From NCBI RefSeq assembly GCF_038871235.1, contig NZ_JAVZIN010000006.1:43316-107315 (forward strand): a stretch of 64,000 nucleotides of DNA, given 5' to 3'. Of this stretch, positions 8,919-18,188 are shown piece after piece (the stretch's first letter is position 1; every line of letters begins with the position of its first letter). The DNA comes from Candidatus Hadarchaeum sp. (GTDB lineage Archaea; Hadarchaeota; Hadarchaeia; Hadarchaeales; Hadarchaeaceae). Both the position numbers and the translations under genes were made by a program. The notes beneath the pieces are model-generated. The model ran no database searches and was not told the origin of the DNA. It saw only the letters and a program-made list of their open reading frames with translations.

Positions 8919-9506
8919 ATGGATTACGACTGGAGCAAAGTGATGAAGCCTTATCCGCCGCGGAGAATAATCCTGCCCAACGGGGACGAGATGATAGTGA
9001 AGAGCATGGAGAAGAGCGAGATCGAGGAAGTCTGCGATGCATTGATTCCAAATCTGAAGATACACAAGGAATGGTTTGACCTAGTTACAGCAGAGATGAT
9101 AACTGAGTTCTATCTCTGGCGTGAGAATAGACCCATGTGGGGTTTGCCAGCTGAGAGTCATTTCAACCTTGTTGGTAGAGTCGATGGTGAGGTGGTCGGC
9201 GTCACCAACGGTGCCCTGAGAGACCCCAAGACAGGTTGCAGCCTGCACACAACCACGCTGAAACGAGGTCTGCAGATCGGTGCTTATCTCTGGCCTTGCA
9301 AACTTGAGATGTATTTTGATGTCTTAGGCGTTGATGTGGTGGAGGCAAGTGCGGAGAGCTTGATCGGTGGTCGAAAGCTGTTTCAGGCCTATGGTTTCAC
9401 CCCACACCCAGACAAAAAGAGCCACTTTGGTACAATGTTACAAACAATGACAAAACAACAGTGGGACAGGATAAAGGCCGGTAAACTTGTAGGCGAGAGG
9501 ATCTAG
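8919..9506 (+). CDS. GNAT-fold-like hypothetical protein
   Basis: Strong SD GGAGG; 'LVGRVDGEVVG', 'KRGLQIG' (motif A-like), 'KLFQAYGF' (motif B-like). Confidence 0.55.
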   Translation: MDYDWSKVMKPYPPRRIILPNGDEMIVKSMEKSEIEEVCDALIPNLKIHKEWFDLVTAEMITEFYLWRENRPMWGLPAESHFNLVGRVDGEVVGVTNGALRDPKTGCSLHTTTLKRGLQIGAYLWPCKLEMYFDVLGVDVVEASAESLIGGRKLFQAYGFTPHPDKKSHFGTMLQTMTKQQWDRIKAGKLVGERI

Positions 9507-9528
9507 GTCTCAGCACATCTTGAAACTG

Positions 9529-9564
9529 GGCGGGCTTCTCTCGGGCCCGCCGTTGTCCCTTTTC
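9529..9564 (+). terminator. GC hairpin plus pyrimidine tract after the thiolase operon
   Basis: GGCGGGC-N9-GCCCGCC stem followed by TTGTCCCTTTT, between convergent genes. Confidence 0.5.
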
Positions 9565-9614
9565 ACCTCAACAGTTTTTATTCAGAAAAATTGTCCAGTT
9601 GTATTGGCCGGGTT

Positions 9615-10214
9615 TTATAGATCATTAGGGGAGTTAATGTTGTTGAACGATTTTAGACTAGGGTCAATTTTTTCCAGATCCTCAGGTGCGATATAGATGA
9701 CGTCGTCTAGAAGATTGATAGCATCAATCATCCGGAATTTATTCTTTTTTCTTGCCTCAATTATTGCGCCGGTCAGTTTCTTTGTTCGGTAGACAGCCTG
9801 AAGGGGCTCTATGTAGCCATTGGGCCATCTAAGAATAGCTCCATCGTGTCCCCTAGCGCGGAAATACAAAAATTCAACTACCTCTGGCTTGATCCAAGGA
9901 CAATCACAGGCGAGGACGGCAACATACTCTGAGCTAACAACGGGGAGCGATGAAAACAAGCCGATCATTGGACCCTCTTCAGAACTTTTATCTACCACAA
10001 CTTTGGCTTCGGGAAATGTCCTCGCGAGATCTTCCTGATATAGTTTGCAGGAGATGATTATTTCACCTGAAAGTTTCTTTATTTTCTCGAAGACGTGTTT
10101 GATCAAGGGTTGTCCATTAACTTCGTAGAAAGCTTTAGGGCAGCCCATTCTTTTGCTGTCGCCACCAGCCAGGATTAAGACGGCAAATTTTTCCCTGAAA
10201 CCATAATTGTTCAT
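9615..10214 (-). CDS. mobA: Molybdenum cofactor guanylyltransferase
   Basis: 'LAGGDSKRMG..KA', 'GPMIG', 'LACDCP', 'EPLQAVY', 'NINSP.DL'. Confidence 0.88.
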   Translation of the reverse strand: MNNYGFREKFAVLILAGGDSKRMGCPKAFYEVNGQPLIKHVFEKIKKLSGEIIISCKLYQEDLARTFPEAKVVVDKSSEEGPMIGLFSSLPVVSSEYVAVLACDCPWIKPEVVEFLYFRARGHDGAILRWPNGYIEPLQAVYRTKKLTGAIIEARKKNKFRMIDAINLLDDVIYIAPEDLEKIDPSLKSFNNINSPNDL

Positions 10215-10375
10215 GCTAACCGATTGGATATTTGTAATGTCTGTTTATGAGTTTAACCGTAAGTTTTCTGATTTATGGCCGCTATGGGTCAAATGATACA
10301 GATCATGGAATTTCATCAAAACTCTTTTAAAGAATCCATCTTAGGATAATAGGAACAAAATCAGAGGGCGAAAAT

Positions 10376-11644
10376 TTGGAGACCATTGAGAAAAAAATCG
10401 ATGAGGCTAACAGACTGTGTGTGGAAAGAATTATGGAATCACATCCTGTTCTGGTAGACATTGATCACGCGATAAATGTGATCCCAGGGATGGAAGAACG
10501 AATGGTTCTGCACAGCGGCCCCCCGCTTTCCAGAGGCTGGGATGAAATGGTTGGCCCCATGAGGGGTGCCGTTATTGGAGCCATGATTTATGAGGGTTGG
10601 GCAAAATCGGAGGCTGAAGCAATCGAACTCATCAGAAAAGGTGAAATAAAGTTTGATTCTACCTCCAACCATAGTGCTGCGGCCCCGATGGCGGGAATAG
10701 TGACACCTTCCATGCCCGCTTTCGTGGTCAAGAACAAAACCTATGGCAACTTTGCCTATTGCAATGTCAACGAGGGACTTGGTAAGGCCCTGAGGTTCGG
10801 CGCCAACGACGAGCAGGTGATAGCACGGCTTCACTGGATAGAGAAGACACTGATGCCGGCCCTGAAAGTGGTGTTGAGGGAGGGCGAAATTGACCTCAAG
10901 GAGCTGATCGAAGCCTCACTGCACCGAGGTGATGAATGTCACAACAGAAACAAGACGGTTTCCCTGTTGTTTTTGAGCGAAATTTTGCCCCGACTCCTTC
11001 GTTCCGATTTGGATAGGAATCAGGTTGCTGAGGTGGTCGATTTCATCCGGGGCAACCCTCACTTTTTCCTAAACCTCTCCATCCCGTCGAGCAAGTCTTC
11101 TCTGGACGCGGCCAACAACATTGAGTACAGCACTGTGGTTACCGGATTCTGCACTAACGGCGTCAACTTCGGCATGAGGGTCAGCGGCATCGGCGACAGG
11201 TGGATTACGGCACCATCCATTCACGCCAAGGGAAAGTACTTCAAGGGCTTTAAGGAGGGCGATGACGCTCCGGTGCTGGGTGACTCATATTACTCCGAAC
11301 CTGCGGGCATTGGCGGCTTTGCCATGGCGGCAGCTCCGGCGATAGTCAGTTTTATCGGCGGGGAGCCAGACTTGGGAATTAAGACCACACTGGAGATGTA
11401 CCAGATAACGGTGACCGAACACAAGTACTTTAAGATCGCCAATTTAGGATATCGGGGTACTCCGCTAGGCATCGACATCAGAAAGGTGCTGAGAACTGGA
11501 ATCTTGCCTGTGATCAACACTGGCATGGCGCATAAGGATCCGGGAATCGGCCAGGTGGGAGCAGGAATAATCAGGGTCCCGATGGAGCTCTTCAGAAAGG
11601 CGCAGATTGAATTCGAAAGAAGATATGGAATAAAAATTGTTTGA
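10376..11644 (+). CDS. DUF1116 protein (YlbE/YahG, AllG-like oxamate carbamoyltransferase subunit family)
   Basis: 'LHSGPP', 'GAMIYEGWA', 'PMAGI', 'NEGLGKALRFGA', 'GDECHNRN', 'INTGMAHKDPGIGQVGAG'. Confidence 0.85.
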   Translation: METIEKKIDEANRLCVERIMESHPVLVDIDHAINVIPGMEERMVLHSGPPLSRGWDEMVGPMRGAVIGAMIYEGWAKSEAEAIELIRKGEIKFDSTSNHSAAAPMAGIVTPSMPAFVVKNKTYGNFAYCNVNEGLGKALRFGANDEQVIARLHWIEKTLMPALKVVLREGEIDLKELIEASLHRGDECHNRNKTVSLLFLSEILPRLLRSDLDRNQVAEVVDFIRGNPHFFLNLSIPSSKSSLDAANNIEYSTVVTGFCTNGVNFGMRVSGIGDRWITAPSIHAKGKYFKGFKEGDDAPVLGDSYYSEPAGIGGFAMAAAPAIVSFIGGEPDLGIKTTLEMYQITVTEHKYFKIANLGYRGTPLGIDIRKVLRTGILPVINTGMAHKDPGIGQVGAGIIRVPMELFRKAQIEFERRYGIKIV

Positions 11645-11721
11645 AACTTCATTTGGAAAATCTAGGAATTTTGAAAATGTATATAAGCACCTCAGGTAAG
11701 TTGTATTCAAAAAGTGATTCT

Positions 11722-12486
11722 ATGAAAAAAATGAAAGTGATTGACCTTACTCAACCTTGGGGAATGAACACGCCGCCGTGGCCGGGAGGAAAAGCGCCAA
11801 CGATAAGATATGTGAACATGATCTCCACTGATGGCTACAGTCAGCAAGAGATCACCTTTACCACCCACATTGGAACCCACCTCGATGGCCCGCTGCACTT
11901 TGACCCAAAGGGCAGGGACCTAGCCAGTTTACCTATGGACAAGCTGGTCGGTGAGGGAGTCGTGGTGGATGTCAGCGAGGTTGGCCCCTTCGGGATTTAC
12001 ACGCCGAAGCACGTGACGAGCAAGGTTGACGTTAAGAAGGGGGACATACTGATTATCCACACCGGTTTCCACAAATACTACGCCAACGCTGAGGAGCCAG
12101 ATGAGGTCGCCTATTTCTACAAGCATCCCGGGCCGCACAGGGAGTTCAGGGACTGGGTGGCGGAGATGAAGTTCAAGTGGATCGGAGTTGACTGCGGTTC
12201 AGCCGATCATCCAATGAACACTGGCCTTCAGAAGCTCAACCCGCTCGTCGCCAAGGAAGCGGAGAAAAAGCTGGGGAAGCCATTGAGCGAGATCTTCCCT
12301 CCAGAGATGGATCACATGATGCACAACACCCTATTCAAGCAACCCCATGAAATAATTCACGTGGAGAACATTGGCGGGGACATCGATAAGGTGCTGAACA
12401 AAAGGATGATAATTGGGTGCTTCCCGCTCAAGACAATCGGCGGTGAATCCACACCCTGCCGGGTTGTGGCATTCCTTTTTGAGTAA
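11722..12486 (+). CDS. Cyclase family protein (kynurenine formamidase/isatin hydrolase-like)
   Basis: 'HIGTHLDGPLHF' metal motif, 'IIHTG', 'GVDCGSADHP', 'HVEN'; start moved to ATG 11722, downstream of a TATATAA box. Confidence 0.88.
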   Translation: MKKMKVIDLTQPWGMNTPPWPGGKAPTIRYVNMISTDGYSQQEITFTTHIGTHLDGPLHFDPKGRDLASLPMDKLVGEGVVVDVSEVGPFGIYTPKHVTSKVDVKKGDILIIHTGFHKYYANAEEPDEVAYFYKHPGPHREFRDWVAEMKFKWIGVDCGSADHPMNTGLQKLNPLVAKEAEKKLGKPLSEIFPPEMDHMMHNTLFKQPHEIIHVENIGGDIDKVLNKRMIIGCFPLKTIGGESTPCRVVAFLFE

Positions 12487-12496
12487 AAGAAAAGAG

Positions 12497-12530
12497 GTGG
12501 CAGCCCGAAGCTGCCACTGTTTTTTATTTT
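12497..12530. terminator. Bidirectional hairpin terminator
   Basis: GTGGCAGC-CCGAA-GCTGCCAC with an A-rich run before and a T-run after, between convergent cyclase and RidA genes. Confidence 0.65.
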
Positions 12531-12911
12531 TCAACGCAGAGCGGCGATGCCATCGATCTCGATCAGCAGATCCTCCATAATGAGGTTCTTGACCGCGATC
12601 AGGGTGCTGGCTGGGGGATCCTTCTTAAAGTACTCCGACCTTATCTGCCTGAATTTAGCCAAGTTTTTGATGTCGGTTAGGTAGATCCTTATCTGAACGA
12701 GGTCGTCGAGGGTTCCACCCTCAGCGGCTAGGATGGTCCGCAGATTCTCGAAAACCTGTCTCACCTGCTTTTCAAAGTCACCCTTGCCGACAATTTCCCC
12801 CTTGGCGTTTTCAGCGATTTGTCCTGAAATAAAGAGAAGGTTGCCCACCCTGATTGCTGGAGAATATCCCGTAGGTTTGGGCAGACCTTCCGGAACGACT
12901 ATTTTTTTCAC
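12531..12911 (-). CDS. RidA/YjgF/UK114 family enamine/imine deaminase
   Basis: 'YSPAIRVGNLLFISGQ', 'QVFENL', 'PPAST', 'IEID'; Ser where the catalytic Arg of 'PAR' is expected. Confidence 0.85.
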   Translation of the reverse strand: MKKIVVPEGLPKPTGYSPAIRVGNLLFISGQIAENAKGEIVGKGDFEKQVRQVFENLRTILAAEGGTLDDLVQIRIYLTDIKNLAKFRQIRSEYFKKDPPASTLIAVKNLIMEDLLIEIDGIAALR

Positions 12912-12947
12912 TTGCTCACCTCCTAAGTGGAACTGTTTTTGTCGGTC

Positions 12948-14426
12948 TTACTCGCGGACCCATTTCAGCTCCCAGACTTCTGGGTTCTTCAGCCATGGCG
13001 CCGTGGGGATAATTTTCTCGCCTATCTTCTGTACCTTGTCGATTACCTTCTCCTCGTTGACGGTCTTAACCACTCCCTTCTCCATGATTATCTTCCCGTT
13101 GACCATCACGGTGTCGCAGGAGTCGCCCTTGCCGTTGTAGACGAAACTGTTTATCACGTTCTCCTTGGTCACCGGAACCCAGTAGATCTTTCTGAGATTC
13201 CACATGACGATGTCCGCCGCCTTTCCGACCTCAAGTGAGCCAATTTCCTTGTCCCACTTCAGCGCCTTGGCACCGTTCACCGTCGCCATCTCCAGCGCCT
13301 TGGGGCTGGGATCGGCGGTTCTCAACATGAAAAGGTCTGGGTCTGGGAATATCATCGGATGCCAGGCTTCGGCGTGCCCGACCGATACCGTCCAGATATC
13401 CCGCACCAAGTCATGCGCCGTGCCGGTGCTGGATTCATCGTTGCCCAGCGCCACGTTGATTCCCATCTTAACCATTATTGGGAACTTGCCTCGCATGGAA
13501 ACTGCAGAATAAACGCCGTGCATGCTTGAGCCAGGAACGTGTACGACGTTGGAGTTGGTTTCCTTCAGCATCAGCAGTTCACCACCGTCAACCCAGGCCA
13601 TGTGGGCCGCCATGAAGTCGGGGCCCAGGACTCCCTGATCGTAGAGGTATTCAATGTCCCTTCGGCCAAATCGCTTGCGGGTCATCTCAACCATGTCGTG
13701 TGAGACTCCGGCATGCGTTAATATGCCCACGTCGTATTTGTTCGCCAGTTCTCTGGTGGCCTTGCACAGCTCAGGGGACACATTGCAGACCTGCTGCAGG
13801 TCCATCCAGGCTTTGAGCCGGCCGTTGGCAGCACCGTTGTACTTCTTGATAAATTCCTCGCTGCGCTTGATACACTGGTCCGTGGTTTCTCTCAACCTGC
13901 TGCAGAGTTCAGTGAAGGCATCGTAAGAGGCATAGGATGATTTGGTCGCCTCGTGGATGTCCATCAAATCTCTGCCCAGAACCGCACGCACCCCAACATC
14001 AGTTACCGCCTTTGCCGCCGAGTCCTCCATTGTCTGAATGGTGCCGCAGTCGCAGAAAGTGGTTGTTCCAGTCTTGAGCCCCTCGATCAGGTTCTTAACT
14101 GCGGCGTAGTAGTAGTTCTCCTTGGTCAGGTTCATGTAGGTCCAGGAGAAATATCGCTCACACCAAGGTACAACCGGAACATCGTCCAACATGCTCTTGT
14201 CGTAGGCAGATTCCAAGTGGATGTGGCCGTTGATCAGTCCCGGGGTCACAAGATAGTTCTTGGCGTCGATTACGCGGTCCGCCCTATATTTCTTTTTCAG
14301 CGCCGCCGTGTTGCCGATGTCGATGATTTTTCCGTCGTCAACGGCAATGGCGGCATTCTCAAGAAGTCTTCTCTTCGGGTCCATGGTAAGGACAAATCTC
14401 GCATTCACGATAAGGGTATCCACCAT
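12948..14426 (-). CDS. Amidohydrolase, AtzA/TrzA/MtaD-like
   Basis: NGHIH, 'GTTTFCD', THAGV (no Glu), 'LGNDE', 'GSLEVGKAAD'; start moved to ATG 14426. Confidence 0.85.
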   Translation of the reverse strand: MVDTLIVNARFVLTMDPKRRLLENAAIAVDDGKIIDIGNTAALKKKYRADRVIDAKNYLVTPGLINGHIHLESAYDKSMLDDVPVVPWCERYFSWTYMNLTKENYYYAAVKNLIEGLKTGTTTFCDCGTIQTMEDSAAKAVTDVGVRAVLGRDLMDIHEATKSSYASYDAFTELCSRLRETTDQCIKRSEEFIKKYNGAANGRLKAWMDLQQVCNVSPELCKATRELANKYDVGILTHAGVSHDMVEMTRKRFGRRDIEYLYDQGVLGPDFMAAHMAWVDGGELLMLKETNSNVVHVPGSSMHGVYSAVSMRGKFPIMVKMGINVALGNDESSTGTAHDLVRDIWTVSVGHAEAWHPMIFPDPDLFMLRTADPSPKALEMATVNGAKALKWDKEIGSLEVGKAADIVMWNLRKIYWVPVTKENVINSFVYNGKGDSCDTVMVNGKIIMEKGVVKTVNEEKVIDKVQKIGEKIIPTAPWLKNPEVWELKWVRE

Positions 14427-14618
14427 GTGTCTCAGTATGCTTAAGAGCCGACCGTTAAAAAGATTTTTGGTCAAAATTCAATTTTACCTTTCCGATAATC
14501 GGCGTTGAGATTATTGATATATACGAAAAACGAACTTTTCAAAAATAGCTTACTAAATACATTAAAGTTGGGCTGGGTTCGGACTGTCTGGCTTATATTG
14601 AACTAACCCGATAATTTC

Positions 14619-15338
14619 ATGATGCTTAAAGATAGAGTCAGGAGGTTAGCCCTAAAACTGGGGGCTGATTTGGTTGGATTTGGGCCCGCTGAGGCCATTG
14701 AGGAGGCGCCCGCCGGACATAGGGCGCAGGATTTTCTCCCTAGCGCCAAAACCGTCTTTTCAACGGCGGCACGCATAAATTATTCCGCTGTTGACGGCCT
14801 CCCCCTGACAAGACGGGAATATATCAATGCCAATGATAGCTCCCGTGCTCTACTCAACGGTGTCATCTGCGGAATCTCGAGATATCTTGAGGAAGAAGGC
14901 TATTCTGCGATACCCTTCCTCCAAGGGACAGATCGTAAGGTGTTGATGGGAGACCTTTCCCTGAAACACGCGGCAGTAGTGGCCGGTCTGGGTGAGTTCG
15001 GATTGAACAATCTACTTCTGACACCTCGTTTTGGACCTAGAGTGCTATTGGGTGCCGTGGTCACAGATGCTTTGATTGTTCCAGATCCACCACTAAGAGA
15101 GCAGCTCTGCGATCTATGTGGGGCTTGCTTGAAAGCCTGCCCTGTTGGTGCGATAAAGGAATTAAAGGATTTTGATAGAAAAAAAGGTGGAGCCATGGAT
15201 AAGTACAAATGTTCTCATTATATAAACGAAATTTTGGAGCCAGAGTACGGCCACCACAGCTGCGGCCTTTGTATCAAAGCTTGCCACGTTGGAAAAGTGG
15301 AAAAGGTGCAAAAAAGTATACAGGCGAAGTTAAAATGA
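14619..15338 (+). CDS. QueG/reductive-dehalogenase-like double [4Fe-4S] protein
   Basis: 'LKHAAVVAGLGEFGLNNLLLTPRFGPR', CxxCxxCxxxCP and 'CGLCIKAC'. Confidence 0.8.
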   Translation: MMLKDRVRRLALKLGADLVGFGPAEAIEEAPAGHRAQDFLPSAKTVFSTAARINYSAVDGLPLTRREYINANDSSRALLNGVICGISRYLEEEGYSAIPFLQGTDRKVLMGDLSLKHAAVVAGLGEFGLNNLLLTPRFGPRVLLGAVVTDALIVPDPPLREQLCDLCGACLKACPVGAIKELKDFDRKKGGAMDKYKCSHYINEILEPEYGHHSCGLCIKACHVGKVEKVQKSIQAKLK

Positions 15339-15402
15339 GGACATGAAGAATATTATGAGCGAGAACGCAAGGAAACTCTACCGAATTTAGCCGTTTAGTA
15401 AA

Positions 15403-16746
15403 TTATTTTTTCTTTGGCTGGTACTGTTTTCTCCTCTCAAGAACCTCCGGAGTGATCTTCGTCGCTAGGTCGATGATTTTCTGCTCGTCAACATTTTTCA
15501 GGACACGATTTTCCATCACAATCTTTCCATCCACGAAAACAGTATCAACATCATCGCCGTGGCAGGCATAGACGAGGTGGGAAATCACATTGAAGAACTC
15601 CCCGAACAGGACGGGCGTGGTGCGCAGCTTATTCAGGTCGACTAGAATCAGGTCTGCTTTTTTGCCTACCTCTAAGGAACCGATTTCCTTGTCCCATCCC
15701 AAGGACTTGGCGCCCTTAATCGTGGCCATCTCGAGAACTTGGTAGGCTGGCAGCACGGTGGCGTCTAGCCTAGTGACTTTCTGTAGTAGCGAGGCGAACT
15801 TCATCACTTCAAACATATCAGCAGTGTTGTTTTCCTTCAGGCCATCTGTGCCCAAGCTTACGTTTGCTCCGTATTCTATCAGCTCCGGTACCGGACAGAC
15901 ACCGTCGGCAAGCTTCTGGTTGCTTACAGAGCAGTGGGCGATGTTGGTCTTGGTTTGACCCAGCAGCCGCCTTTCCCTTTCGGTGAGCCAGCAGGCATGG
16001 GCAATTAACGTGTTCTTGCCCAGCAGACCAAAGTCGGCAAAGGCCTCTATGGAGTGTTTACCGAACCTTTTCATTGCCAGTTCCCACTCGTCCTTCACCT
16101 CGCTGGAGTGAATGTGTATCCCTGTCTTGTATTTCCTGGCGCCCTCGACCACCTTGTGGATGTGATCATCAGAACTGTAGAATGCCCACTCCATCCCAAA
16201 CCACACTCTCACCCTGCCTTGAGCATACCCGTTTCTGGACTTGACCAGTTTTTCATTATCCCCGTACGACTCATATTTGTGAACCGGTGAATCGGCAGCC
16301 ATGGGGGCAAGGACAGCCCGGAGCCCGATTTCCCTTGCGGCGTCGGCGCACCGGTGCATGTATCGGAACATGTCCGCAACACAGGTTGTCCCCGACTTCA
16401 GGGCCTCGGAGTAGGTCAACATGGCAGCAGCATGAGCTATATCTGGAGTGACTACCCAATGCCATGGTGAGATGTAGTAGTCCAGCCACTCGATTAGGGG
16501 CATATCGTCTGCGGTGCCCCTGATCAGATCTGAGTGAATGTGGGTATTTACCAAACCAGGGATGACAGCTTTCTTTCTGGCGTCGATAACCCGATCAACT
16601 TTATACTTCTTTTTCATAATCTCGTAAGTCTTTCCCAAATCAACTATTCTGTCGTCCTTGATGAGTACGGTGCCATCTTCAAAAATTCTTCCGCGTTTGT
16701 CCATGGTGACGACGATACCGTTTTTTATTAGGGTAGTTTCTGACAC
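15403..16746 (-). CDS. Amidohydrolase, MtaD/SAH-deaminase-like
   Basis: NTHIH, 'RGTADDMPLIEWL', 'SGTTCVADM', IHSSE, 'SNQKLADG', 'LGTDG'; GTG start behind GAGGTTGA. Confidence 0.87.
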   Translation of the reverse strand: MSETTLIKNGIVVTMDKRGRIFEDGTVLIKDDRIVDLGKTYEIMKKKYKVDRVIDARKKAVIPGLVNTHIHSDLIRGTADDMPLIEWLDYYISPWHWVVTPDIAHAAAMLTYSEALKSGTTCVADMFRYMHRCADAAREIGLRAVLAPMAADSPVHKYESYGDNEKLVKSRNGYAQGRVRVWFGMEWAFYSSDDHIHKVVEGARKYKTGIHIHSSEVKDEWELAMKRFGKHSIEAFADFGLLGKNTLIAHACWLTERERRLLGQTKTNIAHCSVSNQKLADGVCPVPELIEYGANVSLGTDGLKENNTADMFEVMKFASLLQKVTRLDATVLPAYQVLEMATIKGAKSLGWDKEIGSLEVGKKADLILVDLNKLRTTPVLFGEFFNVISHLVYACHGDDVDTVFVDGKIVMENRVLKNVDEQKIIDLATKITPEVLERRKQYQPKKK

Positions 16747-16882
16747 AGTATCAACCTCAGGTTTCAACAAACATTACTGTTCACAAACTTTTATCGTTGA
16801 CTCTGTCATAAATCAAACCACTCCCGTGTTGCACAGTTGTTTCATAAAAGTTTAATAGCTTCGCCACCCATCCTCAACAGAG

Positions 16883-18133
16883 GTGGATAGTATTAGCGAA
16901 ATCGTGGCAATTGAGAATATAGGTAAGCTAGTTTCTGGAGACATAAATCAACCCATCTTGGATGCCGACACGATATTGATCAAAGATGGGAAAATAGCTG
17001 AGGTTGGATGGAAGGGAGAAGTTGACGTAGAAGCTGCCAAGACGCGCATCGACGCCATGGGACTGGTGGTGACGCCGGGTTTCATCGACCCACACACCCA
17101 CATGGTCATCGGCGATTGGACCCCGATTCAGAAGGCGATCGGCTGGATGGAGGGTGCTCTTCTGGCCGGAGTTACGACGATGATCTCCCAGGGTGAAAAC
17201 AATATCGGCGGTCTACCTATGGACCCAGCGGGCAACAAAGCGCTGGCAATTCTCGCTGCCAAGACCTACAAAAAGTACCGCCCCGGCGGTGCCCTGAAGG
17301 TCCACGGTGGGGCTTTGATGCTGGTCGAGGGGCTGACGGAGCAGGACTTCAAGGAGATGGCCGAGGCCGGCGTCTGGTTGATTGCCGAAATAGGCGGCTG
17401 TGGCCTCTATAAACCGAAAGATGTGGTGCCGATGGTGAAGTGGGCCAGGAAATATGGTTTCAAGGTATCGGCCCATCTGGGACCGGTTTCAATACCGCTG
17501 TCCGCGCCGCTGATGGCTGACGAGATAATTGAGATAAACCCGGATCTGGCCGTACACGTGAATGGCGGCTCAACCTCAGTTCCCTTCGCCGAGGTGAAAA
17601 AACTCGTTGACAACGCTGATTTTCATCTTGAGGCAGTCTTCAACGGAAACCCAAGAGCGGCCGTGGAAATGGTTGATTACATGAGAAAAAAGGATGCACT
17701 GGATAGGCTGGTTATAGGTTCTGACACACCCACTGGAAACGGCATGATCCCGGTGGCGATCCTTCGAATGGTGGTCCAGATAGCATCTCTGAATCGGCTG
17801 CCAGCCGCGGAGGTCATTGCTGCAGCCACGGGAAACACCGCCGATACTTTTGGTTTGAATGTGGGCAAAATTGAGGTCGGCCGGGAGGCGGACATAATAA
17901 TACTGGATCGTCCGGCGGGGTCTCAAGGAAGAGACGCACTGGAGGCCATAGAGATAGGCGACATTCCAGGGACGACCTTGATAATGGTTGATGGTCAGAT
18001 AGTTGCCCTCAGGGGGAGGGATACTAGGCAGACGGCGGGCTGCGTCAAGATCAACGGCGTCGAGAGAAAGATAACCACGATGGAGGATTACCTCTGGGGT
18101 CCATGGAAGTTTGCCATCGACAGGCTGATCTGA
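16883..18133 (+). CDS. Enamidase-like amidohydrolase
   Basis: 'NIGKLVSGDI', 'DPHTH', 'GVTTMIS', 'KALAI', 'KVHGGA', 'HVNGG', 'GSDTPTGNG' match the nicotinate-fermentation enamidase family as I recall it. Confidence 0.8.
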   Translation: MDSISEIVAIENIGKLVSGDINQPILDADTILIKDGKIAEVGWKGEVDVEAAKTRIDAMGLVVTPGFIDPHTHMVIGDWTPIQKAIGWMEGALLAGVTTMISQGENNIGGLPMDPAGNKALAILAAKTYKKYRPGGALKVHGGALMLVEGLTEQDFKEMAEAGVWLIAEIGGCGLYKPKDVVPMVKWARKYGFKVSAHLGPVSIPLSAPLMADEIIEINPDLAVHVNGGSTSVPFAEVKKLVDNADFHLEAVFNGNPRAAVEMVDYMRKKDALDRLVIGSDTPTGNGMIPVAILRMVVQIASLNRLPAAEVIAAATGNTADTFGLNVGKIEVGREADIIILDRPAGSQGRDALEAIEIGDIPGTTLIMVDGQIVALRGRDTRQTAGCVKINGVERKITTMEDYLWGPWKFAIDRLI

Positions 18134-18188
18134 ACGCAGTGAGTGCGCAAGCTATAAATCAAATGGGACTTAGAAAGGTTGTGGTGGA

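Noticed and set aside
16785-16853. Inverted repeat AAACTTTTAT / ATAAAAGTTT between divergent genes
   Set aside because: Explained by BRE/TATA-like elements of divergent promoters; the same word precedes the ureohydrolase gene.
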